Shown here: positions 1 to 10,567 of the stretch, in pieces
How the letters are laid out: each line of letters opens with the position of its first letter
Numbering within the stretch: position 1 is the first letter of the stretch
Assembly (NCBI GenBank): GCA_963737905.1
Contig: CAVTUQ010000034.1
Coordinates: 1 to 64,000 of the forward strand
Direction of reading: 5' to 3'
DNA from: an uncultured delta proteobacterium
GTDB taxonomy: Bacteria; Desulfobacterota; Binatia; UBA9968
Length of the DNA: 64,000 bases
Translations under genes and position numbers: made by a program
The notes under the pieces: generated by a model
Seen by the model: only the letters and a program-made list of their open reading frames with translations
The model's database searches: none
Told to the model about the DNA's origin: nothing

Positions 1-31
1 GGCTGAGCCGATTTTAGATTGGGGAAACAGC

Positions 32-1024
32 ATGAAACAAAACCTTTCGCTTTGGGGCCTGAACCTTGTCTTGTTTTTTGTCTTCGGTCAAACATCATTC
101 GCCGCGGAGAAACTTGTCGGCTTACAGTCCGCGCCTAGCATCGCCATGGCGTTGCCCTGGTTCGCGGAGGAGGCGCGGCTGTATTCCAAACACGATCTAG
201 ATTTTCAGCTCGTCTACATCGCCTCGTCGGGCATCGTTACCGCGGCGATGAGCGGCGGCAACGGTAGCGTTGCCATTGTCGGCGGCGAGGGGCCGATCCG
301 GGCTTATTTGAGCGGCAACACGGATTTCGTTTTTATCGGTTCGGTGAAAAACGTCCTTACCCATAGCATTATGGGCAAGGCGGATATCAAAAAACCCGAA
401 GATCTCAAGGGCAAGAAAATCGGCGTGGGGCGCATAGGCGGCAACTCACACTATTTCACGCAGTATGCCATGCGAAAGAAAGGCCTGGATCCTCTCAAGG
501 ATGCGAACTTGATTCAAACCGGCGGTGCGCCGGAGACTTTTTTGGCGCTCGCCACGGGCGCCGTCGATGCCGCTTCGATCACCACGCCGCAGGACACACG
601 CGCGGCGTTTCAGGGATTCAACTACGTCATCGACGGCCGTGAGATCAAACCACCGTACGTGGCGACGGGTTTTGTTACTTTACGTTCAGTAATCGCGAAG
701 CGGCCGAAAGTCGTCAGTCAGTTCATGCATACCATGGCCGAGTCCTTCAAACTGATGACCACCGACCGCGAGCTGGCTTATCGAGTGATTAGCAAAAAAA
801 TCGGTCTCACCGACCGGAAAGTTTTCGACGCGGCCTACACCCAGGAGTTGAAAGTGCTGGAGCCAAAACTGGAGATCCGCCCCGAGGCGATCCAGGCGAC
901 GCTTCAGGAGATTTCGAGAACCGATCCACGCGCGCTGAAAGTTTCAGCACAGCAGCTTATTGACCGGCGGTTTCTCGAAGAGATGGAGAAGGATGGGACG
1001 TTTGAGCGGTTGGGTTTAAGATAG
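32..1024 (+). CDS. NMT1/THI5 (SsuA/TauA)-like ABC substrate-binding protein
   Basis: Signal peptide; DLKGKKIGV and ALATGAVDA motifs; C-terminal LIDRRFLEEMEKDG typical of the family. Confidence 0.85.
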   Translation: MKQNLSLWGLNLVLFFVFGQTSFAAEKLVGLQSAPSIAMALPWFAEEARLYSKHDLDFQLVYIASSGIVTAAMSGGNGSVAIVGGEGPIRAYLSGNTDFVFIGSVKNVLTHSIMGKADIKKPEDLKGKKIGVGRIGGNSHYFTQYAMRKKGLDPLKDANLIQTGGAPETFLALATGAVDAASITTPQDTRAAFQGFNYVIDGREIKPPYVATGFVTLRSVIAKRPKVVSQFMHTMAESFKLMTTDRELAYRVISKKIGLTDRKVFDAAYTQELKVLEPKLEIRPEAIQATLQEISRTDPRALKVSAQQLIDRRFLEEMEKDGTFERLGLR

Positions 1025-1027
1025 CTG

Positions 1028-1111
1028 GATCGAGGATGGAAGATAGAGGTCGAGGCTGGAGCCCCAGCGGAGACTTCTTCGCCATCCTCTATCCTCGATC
1101 TTCTATCCTCG
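1028..1111. repeat. Inverted period-7 array (GAGGATG/GAAGATA ... CTATCCT) between convergent genes; possible bidirectional terminator
   Basis: cgaggatggaagatagagg ... ccatcctctatcctcgatcttctatcctcg. Confidence 0.6.
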
Positions 1112-1112
1112 G

Positions 1113-2123
1113 CTAGTTAAGCGCAAGCCCCACCACCTTAGCCGGATTCCTAGTACAGACCGTATAAAGCTCGTCTTGCGAGAGACCGAACGCTTCCATA
1201 TAACCCCGGACGAGACGCATGGCCTCCACGGAATCGGGAAACAGAGGCTCGCCTGCATCGCTCGAAAGCGTAAAATGCTCGACTCCCACGTCGCGAATCG
1301 TGTTATACATGATCTGCGGATCGACGCCGAGCAGCGGCGATAACTCGTCCCACGTGAAGTTGAAGAAAATTCCTACTGGAGAAAGCTCTTTCATCATTGC
1401 CGGCGAGACATTGAGAAACGGACTGAAAGGATGGTCGATCACGGCGCGCTTTAAGCCGACCTTTTCGACTTCTTCGGCGAGCTTGTAAATTTCTTTGTGC
1501 GTGGCGTGGCCGAAGAAAAGCGCGACGTTTCGATCGGCGCAAAGGCGCACGATCTCTTTGACCTCGGATTTTAGCTCGCCATTTTCAGCCAAATTGTAAT
1601 GACCGAGCTCGACTGCTTTGTCCCAAGGCAGGGGTCCGTGCCAGCCGTTGGCATTGTTTCCGTCGATGACACGGCGATACGTTCCCACGGTGCTGAGCGT
1701 GATCGCGTGATTGAAGACCGGCAACCAAATCGCCGTGACGCCGCGGTCGATCATCTCGCGAACGGTTTTCGCCGACACAGGCTCCGCTTGTCTGCCGCAG
1801 ACGTAGCCGGCCCAACATGTGATCGGCGTCACACCTTCCTTATCGGCCCAGCGATTCACATCTTCTTGGACGCCGCGCGTGGCCTTTGCTGGATCTTCGC
1901 CGGGAATACTTTTGAACAGCAGGCCCTTCATCTCCGCAAGCGACGCGCGGCGCGCCAGGTCATAAGGATCTTGCTGCCCCTCGTGCGCGTGGCAGTGGAT
2001 GTCGATGGCGTCTTTGACTTTTATATAAGGGGGATGAACTGTGCCGGGCTTGTACTGCGTGCGCGCGGCATAGGAAGTCACGCACCGTTCATGGGTCGGG
2101 GTGGAAACAATATTGCGGTCCAT
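1113..2123 (-). CDS. Amidohydrolase-superfamily metalloprotein (DUF6282-like)
   Basis: IDIHCHA (HxH), FGH, IDHP and LSSDAG metal-ligand motifs; NPAKVVGL C-terminus. Confidence 0.7.
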   Translation of the reverse strand: MDRNIVSTPTHERCVTSYAARTQYKPGTVHPPYIKVKDAIDIHCHAHEGQQDPYDLARRASLAEMKGLLFKSIPGEDPAKATRGVQEDVNRWADKEGVTPITCWAGYVCGRQAEPVSAKTVREMIDRGVTAIWLPVFNHAITLSTVGTYRRVIDGNNANGWHGPLPWDKAVELGHYNLAENGELKSEVKEIVRLCADRNVALFFGHATHKEIYKLAEEVEKVGLKRAVIDHPFSPFLNVSPAMMKELSPVGIFFNFTWDELSPLLGVDPQIMYNTIRDVGVEHFTLSSDAGEPLFPDSVEAMRLVRGYMEAFGLSQDELYTVCTRNPAKVVGLALN

Positions 2124-2299
2124 CGATTTGTCCTCCTTCCAGGCACTTTACAGAATGTTGCATCAACGGGAGCGAGTTTGTCAAAGCCTATTTTGGTCTT
2201 AGAGGGGGAGCGTTGATTGATGATTCGCCTTATAAAGGTTGGCTTACACCCCTGGGTTATTGTAAAACTCTTAAGCGATGAACCGATAGGAGGAATTTC

Positions 2300-3311
2300 A
2301 TGACGAGACGATGCTTGAAAGGTTTTATCCGAACATGGGTGCTGTTCATAGTCGGCGGACCGTTGTTTCACGCGCCGGCTTCAGCAACGGACAAGCTATT
2401 TACGATCTATACCGCCCGGGTGATGTCTCAGGCCTACCCGTGGATCGCGCAAGAGACCGGGACTTTTCAAAAAATTCGACTTGGACGTTTCGCTCGTCTT
2501 TGTAACACCTGGCGCTCCTGCTGTGGCGACGATACTGGCCGGGGATAGCGAGCTCACGGAGCAGGGCGCGGCGGGGCTCAGCCGGGCTTTCGTTCAGGGC
2601 AGCCGCGACATTGTTTTCATAGGCGGGGTAAAGAATATCCTGACTCACAGCATTGTAACGAAGCCGGACATCAAGAGACCCGAAGACCTCAAGGGAAAAC
2701 GGATCGGTGTTTCGCGCATCGGCAGCAATCCCCATTATTTCGCTGTTCAGGCTCTACGTCACTTCAATATCGATGCCCGAGAAGTGAGTTTTATTCAAAC
2801 CGGCGGTGCGCCCGAAACGCTCGCGGCGTTGATAGCTCAAGGAATTGATGCAGCGGTTTTAACTGTGCCGACAGATGTTCAGGCGCTGCAGCTCGGCTAC
2901 CACTACGTTATCTACGGGCCTGATCTGCGTATCGCTTATGCCGCTCTGACGTTCAACACGCGACGCTCTATCATCGCCAAGCGCACCGCGGTAATCGGAC
3001 GGTTTATGCGCGCAATGGCCGAGTCCGCCAAGATCATGCACACGGACCGGGAAACCACGTACAAAGTCTTGCAAAAGTATTTGCGCATCGACGATAGAAA
3101 GCTCTTGGAAGCGAGTTACAATGTGGAGATCAAAGCGCTCGAGCCCAAGCTCGCCCTTAAGCTCGAAGGCCTTCAATCAACACTGGATGAAATTGCGCCC
3201 ATCGACCCGCGCGCAAAAACGGTCAAGCCTCAAGAAATGGTTGACGCCCGCTATCTCGATGAGATGGAGAAAAGCGGATTCATGGATCAGCTATGGGCGG
3301 GAAGGAAATAA
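2300..3311 (+). CDS. NMT1/THI5-like substrate-binding protein, frameshifted at ~2460
   Basis: Removing one G from GGG 2459-2461 joins the signal-peptide ORF (2300) to the 2481 ORF as ETGLFKKFDLDVSLV; close paralog of 32..1024; AGGAGG RBS. Confidence 0.8.
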
Positions 3312-3402
3312 CGGAGAATAACAGCCGAGTTTTTCCACGCTCAAAAGCACAGCGGCGCACGAGAGCGTGCGCCGCTGGTTTGAATATTCTTAATCGACGA
3401 TG

Positions 3403-4368
3403 CTATGCCTGCTGCACCGCCGTTAGCTTCCACATGTTTGGTCCCACGGGACGGGTGAAGGTCCAGTACTCTTCGAACTCAATGGGATCGGAGTTGTTAC
3501 CACTGACCACGTTGCCGTTTTTTTGATCGACGGTATAGTCGAGCAGGTGGGCATGGAGGCGAACGGTAATGTAATCCTGGCCATTTTCCGTCCACGCCTC
3601 AGTGATCTCACTTTCCCGAAGGGCGATATTTTCCATTTTGTTCTGATGACCGCGAGCCCGCAGGTCGCTTAGCTCCTGCTCCCAGGTTTGCATCAACTCG
3701 GATCCGCATAGGGAACGCAGAGCGGCGGTATCCTGCTTGTTCCACGCGCCCTGAACTTTAAAAAATACATCTTGACCTGTTTTCAGAAACTGATCGGGAT
3801 CGAAGCTTCGATCCATCATCGACAGAGACCGATAATCGATATCCTTATTGATCGCCGGCGCTTCTTGGGCCGGCGTGTAATGCGGAGACTGTTCTCGGGT
3901 GTTTTGGTATTGCATGGTGCCATAACCCGTGGCGGCCGCGGGCCTAAGAAACTTTCGGTAGAGAAAATATCCGAAGCCGGCGAACAGAAGGATCTCGATC
4001 AGGCCGATGCCGCTGCTGCCAAAGCCGCCGAGGCCGCCAAAACCCGCATTCGCTAATCCAGAGAAGAGCAGTGAGCCTAGGAACCCCCCCAGCATGGCGG
4101 TGCCAAGCCCGCGCATGAACCCGCCAGGTTGCGGCGCCACGGGACCGGGTTGTTGCGGCGGTGGTGTTGCATCTCTTCTGGCTTGAGACGGACTTGCAGG
4201 TTGTGTGGGTCGAGCCGGAGCGCTGTAACTTCTGGAACCGCGAAAGCCGCCTGAGCGGCCGCCGCCAGCGCGGGCGTCGGCGTAACTCTCAAGAACGATT
4301 TGCGATAGCCCGACCAGGGCGAGAAGACCAACTGCCATAAGCATCAGTCTGTGCGTCGATATCGTCAT
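3403..4368 (-). CDS. Tim44-like domain membrane protein
   Basis: ARAGGGRSGGFRGSRS N-region, Gly-rich TM segment, EEYWTFTR..WKLTAVQQ C-terminus; ATG 4368 with GGAGG RBS. Confidence 0.8.
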   Translation of the reverse strand: MTISTHRLMLMAVGLLALVGLSQIVLESYADARAGGGRSGGFRGSRSYSAPARPTQPASPSQARRDATPPPQQPGPVAPQPGGFMRGLGTAMLGGFLGSLLFSGLANAGFGGLGGFGSSGIGLIEILLFAGFGYFLYRKFLRPAAATGYGTMQYQNTREQSPHYTPAQEAPAINKDIDYRSLSMMDRSFDPDQFLKTGQDVFFKVQGAWNKQDTAALRSLCGSELMQTWEQELSDLRARGHQNKMENIALRESEITEAWTENGQDYITVRLHAHLLDYTVDQKNGNVVSGNNSDPIEFEEYWTFTRPVGPNMWKLTAVQQA

Positions 4369-4476
4369 AAGAATTTTGCCTCCTTCAGTCAAATCGAACT
4401 GTAATCGAGGGAAGCTTAGCGGAAAGAGGCCGGTCAATCAATCCAGGTACTAACAGGGTGATGAAAAACCCTGATT

Positions 4477-4603
4477 GCAGGCTGCTCAAAAAATCTCAGA
4501 GGCAAGGCGCGCGAAAAATCGACGAGCGGAAGCGTACTTAGGAGTACGTTGAAGCGAGGCGATCGAGCGCAACGCAGCATATGAGGTTTTTTCAGCAGCC
4601 TGC
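4477..4603. mobile_element. ~126-bp MITE-like long-hairpin element, copy 1
   Basis: Terminal inverted repeats GCAGGCTGCT(C/G)AAAAAA; aligns in reverse with 17353..17479. Confidence 0.7.
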
Positions 4604-4723
4604 TAAAGAATGATTTGACGCCGGGACACCCTTTCTCGTATGTAATAGGACACTGGTTATGCCTTTTCCCAATACCGTAGTTTCTAGCGGAATCTCAGCC
4701 ACGCTGAGAGAAGGAGAAAAAAG

Positions 4724-5740
4724 ATGGCCGGTAAATTATGGATTGCTTCTTGGGTCACGCTTCTCTTGCTGATCGTATTTTGGGTAGTTCCCGTTGGAGC
4801 CCAAACCAAGATCACCATCGGCGTTGCGGCTATGAGCCCGCGCACGATTCCACTGATCATCGCGCAGGAGCAGGGACTGTTCGCCAAGCAAGGGATCGAA
4901 GCGCGAGTGGTATTGATCAAAGGCGCGCCCATCTTGGTTGCCGGCCTCGTCTCCGGAGAACTCGAAGTCGGCTACACCGGCGGCACCTCCGTGCTGGGAG
5001 CGGCGGCCCAGGGATCATACCTGAAAATTCTGTCTTCCATCTCCAGCAAGCTCACCCATACGATGCTCGCCAGCCCGAACCTCAAGGCCGCAGAGCAGTT
5101 GCGCGGCAAACGTTTCGGCATCCAGAGTATGGGCGGCACCACCTGGATGCATACGATCCTCGGTCTTGAGCATGTCGGTCTCGACGTCAAACGGGATAAC
5201 ATCAATATACTGGTGATCGGTGACTCCGTGCTGATCGGCCAATCGCTGGAGGCCGGCAGGATCGATGCTGCGGTACTCGATGGTGTGCTGGCGCGCCGAC
5301 TGATCAATAAAGGCTTTTCGGTCATCGTTGATCTAACGCCGGCCAATATTCCCATGGTCAATCAGGCCATCGTGGTGGCCCCAGACTTCGTGCAAAAACG
5401 CGCCGAGCTCGCTGAACGGATTCTCATGGTACTGGTGGACAGTCTTGCTTTCACATTAGCACCCATGAACAGAAGTATCGTGGTTAAGACCATCATGCGG
5501 CGGCTCCAGATCAGCGACGTGAAGGTTAGCGAAGAAGGTTATCAGGATCTTCTGACCAGCATCGAGCGCAAGCCGTTCCCTTCGCTCGATGGACTCCGCA
5601 ATATTCGCCGGCTCATGGCCACGCAAAATCCCAAAGCGGCAAATGTCAAGATCGAAGATCTGATCGACGCCCGGATCATCCACAAGCTGGACGAAAACGG
5701 CTTCATCGAAAAGGTCGCTGCGACCTACGGCCTGAAATAG
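4724..5740 (+). CDS. NMT1/THI5-like substrate-binding protein
   Basis: Signal peptide, QGLFAKQGIE, LRGKRFGI, AGRIDAA. Confidence 0.85.
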   Translation: MAGKLWIASWVTLLLLIVFWVVPVGAQTKITIGVAAMSPRTIPLIIAQEQGLFAKQGIEARVVLIKGAPILVAGLVSGELEVGYTGGTSVLGAAAQGSYLKILSSISSKLTHTMLASPNLKAAEQLRGKRFGIQSMGGTTWMHTILGLEHVGLDVKRDNINILVIGDSVLIGQSLEAGRIDAAVLDGVLARRLINKGFSVIVDLTPANIPMVNQAIVVAPDFVQKRAELAERILMVLVDSLAFTLAPMNRSIVVKTIMRRLQISDVKVSEEGYQDLLTSIERKPFPSLDGLRNIRRLMATQNPKAANVKIEDLIDARIIHKLDENGFIEKVAATYGLK

Positions 5741-5780
5741 AGAGCCGAAAGAGTAAAGTTGCCCAACTGGGAAAGTTTCA

Positions 5781-5953
5781 AACCGCAGAGGACCTAGCGC
5801 GGCAGAGCCGCAACCCAATCGGATTGACTCGCGCAAAGACGCAAAGCATGTCCTGAGCAAAGTCGAAGGGGGCGCCAAGCATAAAGAAGAATACAAATTC
5901 GAAGCTCGAAACTTCTCCTGAGCAGCCATGTCGAAGGATCCGAATTTCGAAAC
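5781..5953. repeat. Nested REP-like cluster
   Basis: ACCGCAGAGGAC arm interrupted by CTAGCGCGGCAGAGCCGCAACCCAA; CGCAAAG units containing GTCCTGAGC-N3-GTCGAAGGG; TCGAAAC units. Confidence 0.6.
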
Positions 5954-6087
5954 GATTCCATATGGTCAAAAATCGGACAATTCCAAACAAACCCGTAGGA
6001 GTGAGCAGCAATAGGGCAGCGTGGTTGATTGTTGCTGCTTTCATTTGAACTGTCTAACGCCGCCGCTTAGGAGCGGCGACCAAAACG

Positions 6088-6462
6088 CTATACGTTACGC
6101 AGATGGGATAAGGCCATTCGCATCGGCAGGATTTCCCGAGTCAACGGATTGAGCATAAAACCGAGGGTTTCGAGTGTCACTGCGCCCAGCAACGCGCCGT
6201 CGTGCTCTTCGCCCAACACAACTGGTGATGTGGCTGCCTCGCCTCGGATCTCAAACCGGCACTCGGAAACAGCGCGCTTGATGGGTGTGCCGTCCGCTAG
6301 CGTGAATTCCACCTGGCGCTCTGCTTTGAGTCGCAGCGCCCGCCAGATTTCCTCGGGAAGCACCGAGTAGATTGCACCTGAGTCAACGAGAAACCGTACG
6401 ATCCTAGTTGGTCCACGGCCGTCTGGCCTTCGCAGCCGCGCTTGTACATAAGTGACACCCAT
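6088..6462 (-). CDS. Clan AA (retropepsin-like) aspartic protease, single domain
   Basis: LVDSGA catalytic motif, TLADG flap, LLGAVTLE. Confidence 0.8.
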   Translation of the reverse strand: MGVTYVQARLRRPDGRGPTRIVRFLVDSGAIYSVLPEEIWRALRLKAERQVEFTLADGTPIKRAVSECRFEIRGEAATSPVVLGEEHDGALLGAVTLETLGFMLNPLTREILPMRMALSHLRNV

Positions 6463-6606
6463 ATCATTAACCTATAGTACGATGCTTTTGTGGTCAACTC
6501 GCGCGACCGTGACTGTGGTGGCTCGCTTGAAATGCGAGCATCCGTATGATCATCAACGTGTCGTCACGTCGAAGCTTATGAAAACTATTCGCTCTATCAA
6601 CAATAC

Positions 6607-8562
6607 TCAGCGATTGATCGCGCTGGATTCAGTGACGGTTTGCGAACTGTGCTCCCTCTGGCTCCACTCCCACGCGAAGATCGCTGCGCCGAGAGCGAAG
6701 CCGGCGAAGTCGGCGAAAAGGAGCAGATTGCTGGTCGAAGGAAGGAGCAGGAGGAGAGCGGCGAGCCAGAGGAGTCCACGCTTGGTCCAAGTCAATGGGC
6801 GAAACAAATAGCCGGCGCAACCGGCGCCGAGCAGGATCACGCCGATGCTTGCGGTGATGATCGCGATGAGAATTTCTTTTAGCGTGCCCATGAGAATCAG
6901 CGGCGGATGAAGCGCGAAGATAAACGGCACGAAGTAAGCAGCGATGCCCAGGCGCATGGCGGTCCAGCCGGTCTGCCAGAAGTTCGCCCGCGCGATCGAA
7001 GCCGCGATGTAGACGGGGAGACAATCAGGGGGTGTGATTAGCGACACCATGCCGAAGTAGAAGAGAAAGAGATGAGCGGCAAGCGGCGGGATGCCGAGTT
7101 GTATTAACGCGGGCGCAGCCAAGACCGCTAACGTGATGTAGACGACGGTCGTCGGCAGCGGTAGGCCGAGAAACAAACAACCCAACGCGGTGATGATTAG
7201 AAGCAAGATGACATTGTTGCCGGAGAGCGTGACCAGCAAGAGGGAGATCTTGAATGTGAAGCCGGAGAGATGGAGCGCGCCGATGACGATGCCGGCTAGG
7301 GCGGTTATCACGGCAATGTCGAGCAAGATTTTTCCCGTCTCTTCGAACGCGGCGACGATTTTTTTAAATGACGGCCGCATTTCTTTCTGCAGCGCGCCGA
7401 CAACAAAGACTCCGATGACAGCGACCATGCCGGCTTTACCGGCTTCCCAATTCTCGATCATCAGTGTGTAAACGAGAATCGAAAGCGGTATCAAAAAAAC
7501 CCAGCCTAAGCGGATGACAGCGCGAAATTTCGGGATCTGATCCGCGGGTAACCCCAATAGGCCGCGCTTGGCCGCTTCCAGATCGATCTGCGTGAAGAGA
7601 GCCAGATAGTAAAGACAGGCGGGAATCGCCGCTGCGAGCGCGACCTGGCCGAACGGGATGTTCAAAAATTCCGCCATCAAAAACGCCGCGGCGCCCATGA
7701 CCGGCGGCGTGATTTGCCCGCCGTTGGACGCCACCGCTTCGATCGCGGCGGCCATGTGGCCGGGAAAGCCGGTGCTCTTCATCAGCGGAATGGTGATGGC
7801 GCCGTCGACGACCACATTGGCCACCGCGCTGCCGGAGACCGTGCCGAAGAGCGCCGAGGATACTACCGAAACCTTGGCGGGTCCGCCGCGATAGCGGCCC
7901 GTGGCAATGAGCGCTAAATCGGTGAGAAACTTATCGCCGCCAACGGCGTAGAGCGCCTGGCCAAAAAGAATAAAGGCGACGACGACGCCGGCCGCGACGT
8001 CGAGGGGCAAGCCCAACATGCCGTTGGAGTCGAGATACAAGTAACTCGCGATGCGTGCCCACGAGGGACTCTTCGAGTAAAAAATCCCCGGCATGAATTC
8101 AGCGAACCTGGTGTAGAGAATCACGCCCAACGCGAGCCAGGCGAGGGTGCCGCCGGCAACTCTGCGCGTCGCTTCAATGAGCAAGATGATCGCCATGCCG
8201 CCGAAGATCCAGCGGTCCGGTGAAAGTATACCGAGACGATAGGCGATGGTGGGATACAGAATCGTGACGTAAAGTCCGATGGCGAGACCGCCAAGCGCGA
8301 GCAGCCAGTCGTACCAAGGAACGTGATCGCCTGCCTGTTTCGGATAAGCCTTGACGGCGAGAAACACGCTGCCCAACGCCAGCGCGAGAAACAGCGCGAG
8401 GTATTGCTGTTTGAAAAAAGTGACCTCAAAGTGGTGATGGACTTCGAGCGCCCATAACGAACCCAGGACTGTGGTGGTGATCAGCAGCGCGCGCAGAATC
8501 GCCGCCGGCGCGCCGGTCAGGCTGCGAAACCGTCCTGGGGTTGCTGCGAGCTCGTCACTCAT
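6607..8562 (-). CDS. TRAP transporter fused 4TM/12TM permease (TAXI type)
   Basis: GTVSGSAVAN, ASNGGQITPPVMGAAAF, ITPP motifs; many TM helices. Confidence 0.9.
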   Translation of the reverse strand: MSDELAATPGRFRSLTGAPAAILRALLITTTVLGSLWALEVHHHFEVTFFKQQYLALFLALALGSVFLAVKAYPKQAGDHVPWYDWLLALGGLAIGLYVTILYPTIAYRLGILSPDRWIFGGMAIILLIEATRRVAGGTLAWLALGVILYTRFAEFMPGIFYSKSPSWARIASYLYLDSNGMLGLPLDVAAGVVVAFILFGQALYAVGGDKFLTDLALIATGRYRGGPAKVSVVSSALFGTVSGSAVANVVVDGAITIPLMKSTGFPGHMAAAIEAVASNGGQITPPVMGAAAFLMAEFLNIPFGQVALAAAIPACLYYLALFTQIDLEAAKRGLLGLPADQIPKFRAVIRLGWVFLIPLSILVYTLMIENWEAGKAGMVAVIGVFVVGALQKEMRPSFKKIVAAFEETGKILLDIAVITALAGIVIGALHLSGFTFKISLLLVTLSGNNVILLLIITALGCLFLGLPLPTTVVYITLAVLAAPALIQLGIPPLAAHLFLFYFGMVSLITPPDCLPVYIAASIARANFWQTGWTAMRLGIAAYFVPFIFALHPPLILMGTLKEILIAIITASIGVILLGAGCAGYLFRPLTWTKRGLLWLAALLLLLPSTSNLLLFADFAGFALGAAIFAWEWSQREHSSQTVTESSAINR

Positions 8563-8569
8563 CTTTATT

Positions 8570-8752
8570 CGTTCAACGGTTCAAAACGTTTAAGCAGTTC
8601 AAGCGCTGCGCTCCGTTCAAGTCGTTCAGGCTGATCAAGAAGTTCAACGGTTCAAAGTTCAAGGTTCAAGGCGGGGAGGGAATGTTGAACGTTTGAACTC
8701 TTGAACCGTTGAACAGATACATGCGTCGAAAACTCCAAACTCGGACTCGAAA
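8570..8752. repeat. GTTCAA/TTGAAC inverted short-unit array plus TCGAAAC units
   Basis: About nine gttcaa-like units followed by four ttgaac units. Confidence 0.7.
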
Positions 8753-8762
8753 CGATGCTTTC

Positions 8763-9798
8763 TTATGGGTTGATCGCCAAGAGGCGCTTTTGCGCTTCGT
8801 CCATTTTGGCGTTCCACACATTTTTTTCCTTGTAGAACTGCACCGCGCCCGGATGGTAGGGGATCGTGACATCAGCCGATGCGGCACGCTCGCGGGTCCA
8901 TTCCTGGAACTGCGGACTTAACGGCGGCAGCTTGTCGATGTTGTCCCAGACCGCCTTGAGCGAATGAGTAACAACTTCGTTGGACAGCCCTTTATGACCG
9001 AGCCAGTAGATATCATAAGCAAGCACGCAGGTGTCGCCGACGATACCGGTGGCAGAACCTGACTTGAGGGTGGCGAGATAGTATCCCGGAACCGCCTTTC
9101 TAACCCGTGCCTCTCCTTGAGGGGAGCAATCCAGCGACAGAAATCGAACGCCGACAGCCGCATCCGCCTCTTTTATCTTCGCGGCGTTCATTGCGTGATT
9201 GCTGACATCGGCGCGGCCCTGAACCAGCGCGTCGACGCCGTCGTTCACGGAGGGGACGGGGACGACCTTGACATCTTCCCAGGTAAACCCCGCGTTGGCT
9301 AGCTCGGTGTAAATATGGTACCAGATCGCGATATTCGCCGGATATTCTCCGGTCACCCGCTTCCCCTTCACATCGTGGACAGTCTTCATCGGCGAGTCTT
9401 TCCTAACCACCAGGCTTACCATCAATGGCGAGCCGCGCATGATCAGTCTTGTGTTGGGCACATGCGGCAGCGGATTTTTACCGCTGATCTTCAGTTTCGC
9501 CGGTCCTTGATAGCCGAGGTTCGTTTCGACCGCATTGATGATGCCGAAGTCGATCTCGCCGCTATCGAGGAGTGGCATGAACGTGCTGCTGCCTGTGTAA
9601 GGCTGCACGATCGACTGCATCGGCCCGGCGCCGCTGATCACTTTCGCCAGACCCGCGCTGACAGCGTAGAAAACGGTGCCGGCGGGATTGGTGCCGATGG
9701 TAGTTGACTGAGGGAGTTTTTGTGCGCTCGGCGGAACCTATCGTGAGCAAGAGCGTGCTGATTGTTGCCGTCAATATTTTTGGCCAGCAGTTACGCAT
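8763..9798 (-). CDS. TAXI family TRAP solute-binding protein, frameshift near 9727
   Basis: Signal peptide in the 9798 ORF continues as AQKLPQSTTIGTNPAGTVFY in the frame of the 9641 ORF; IPYHPGA motif. Confidence 0.85.
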
Positions 9799-9893
9799 TT
9801 TATCCTCCGTTATCGTACCGCCGTCTCGGGTCCGGCGTCTCGGGTGTCGAGTTAGCTCGAGACCCGAAACACGACACTCGAAACGGATTTCTA

Positions 9894-10452
9894 TCAGTTC
9901 ATCGCCAGTAGTTTTTTTTGTGCCTCGTCCATCCTGGTGGACCAGACGCCCTTCTCTTTAAAAAACTGTATCGCCGCCGGGTGATAGGGAAGGGTCACGT
10001 CGGGGTCCACGGCGCGCGCTCGAGTCCATTTTTATGGGGGAGTCCCTGCGCACGAGCAGTCCAACCAAAAGGGGAGAACCCCGCATCACCAGCCGCACAT
10101 TGGGAATGTGGGGAAACGGGTTCTTTCCACCGATCTTCAACCGGTCCGGTCCCTGATAAGCTAACGCCATGTCCACTAAGTTATTGATGCCGAAGTCCAG
10201 CTCTCCGGAGTTGAGGAGCGGCATGAAGGTGCTGGTCCCGCTGTAAGGCTGCACCGTCATCTGCATGGGCGTGGCCTCGCTTACCACTTTGGCCAGGCCG
10301 CTCGCTAATGCATAGAAGACAGAGCCTGGTGGATTACTGCCGATCGTTAGAGAGCGGGGGAGATTCTGCGCTTCAACAGGGGCGATGTTGAGCAAGGCGA
10401 TCACTACAGTGGCGGCAATCAAAAGACGGCTTATGTTGCGGCCCGTAGACAT
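9894..10452 (-). pseudogene. TAXI solute-binding protein with ~160-codon internal deletion
   Basis: N-part ends at RRDSPIK; from ~10030 another frame reads WTRARAVDPDVTLPYHPAAIQFFKEKGVW...LLAMN*, the paralog C-terminus. Confidence 0.8.
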
Positions 10453-10567
10453 GGGATCCTCCTTTGGCGCGCGGATCTATTCGCTACATGTCGATATTGT
10501 CAATCACCACCGTACGGTTGGGAAAGCCTCGTCTTCTATCCCTCATCCTTCACACTTCATTTGTCAC

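Noticed and set aside
8570-8752. Repeat arrays as CRISPR
   Set aside because: Units are 6-9 nt, degenerate and inverted, with no constant 25-40-nt repeat, no unique spacers and no cas genes.
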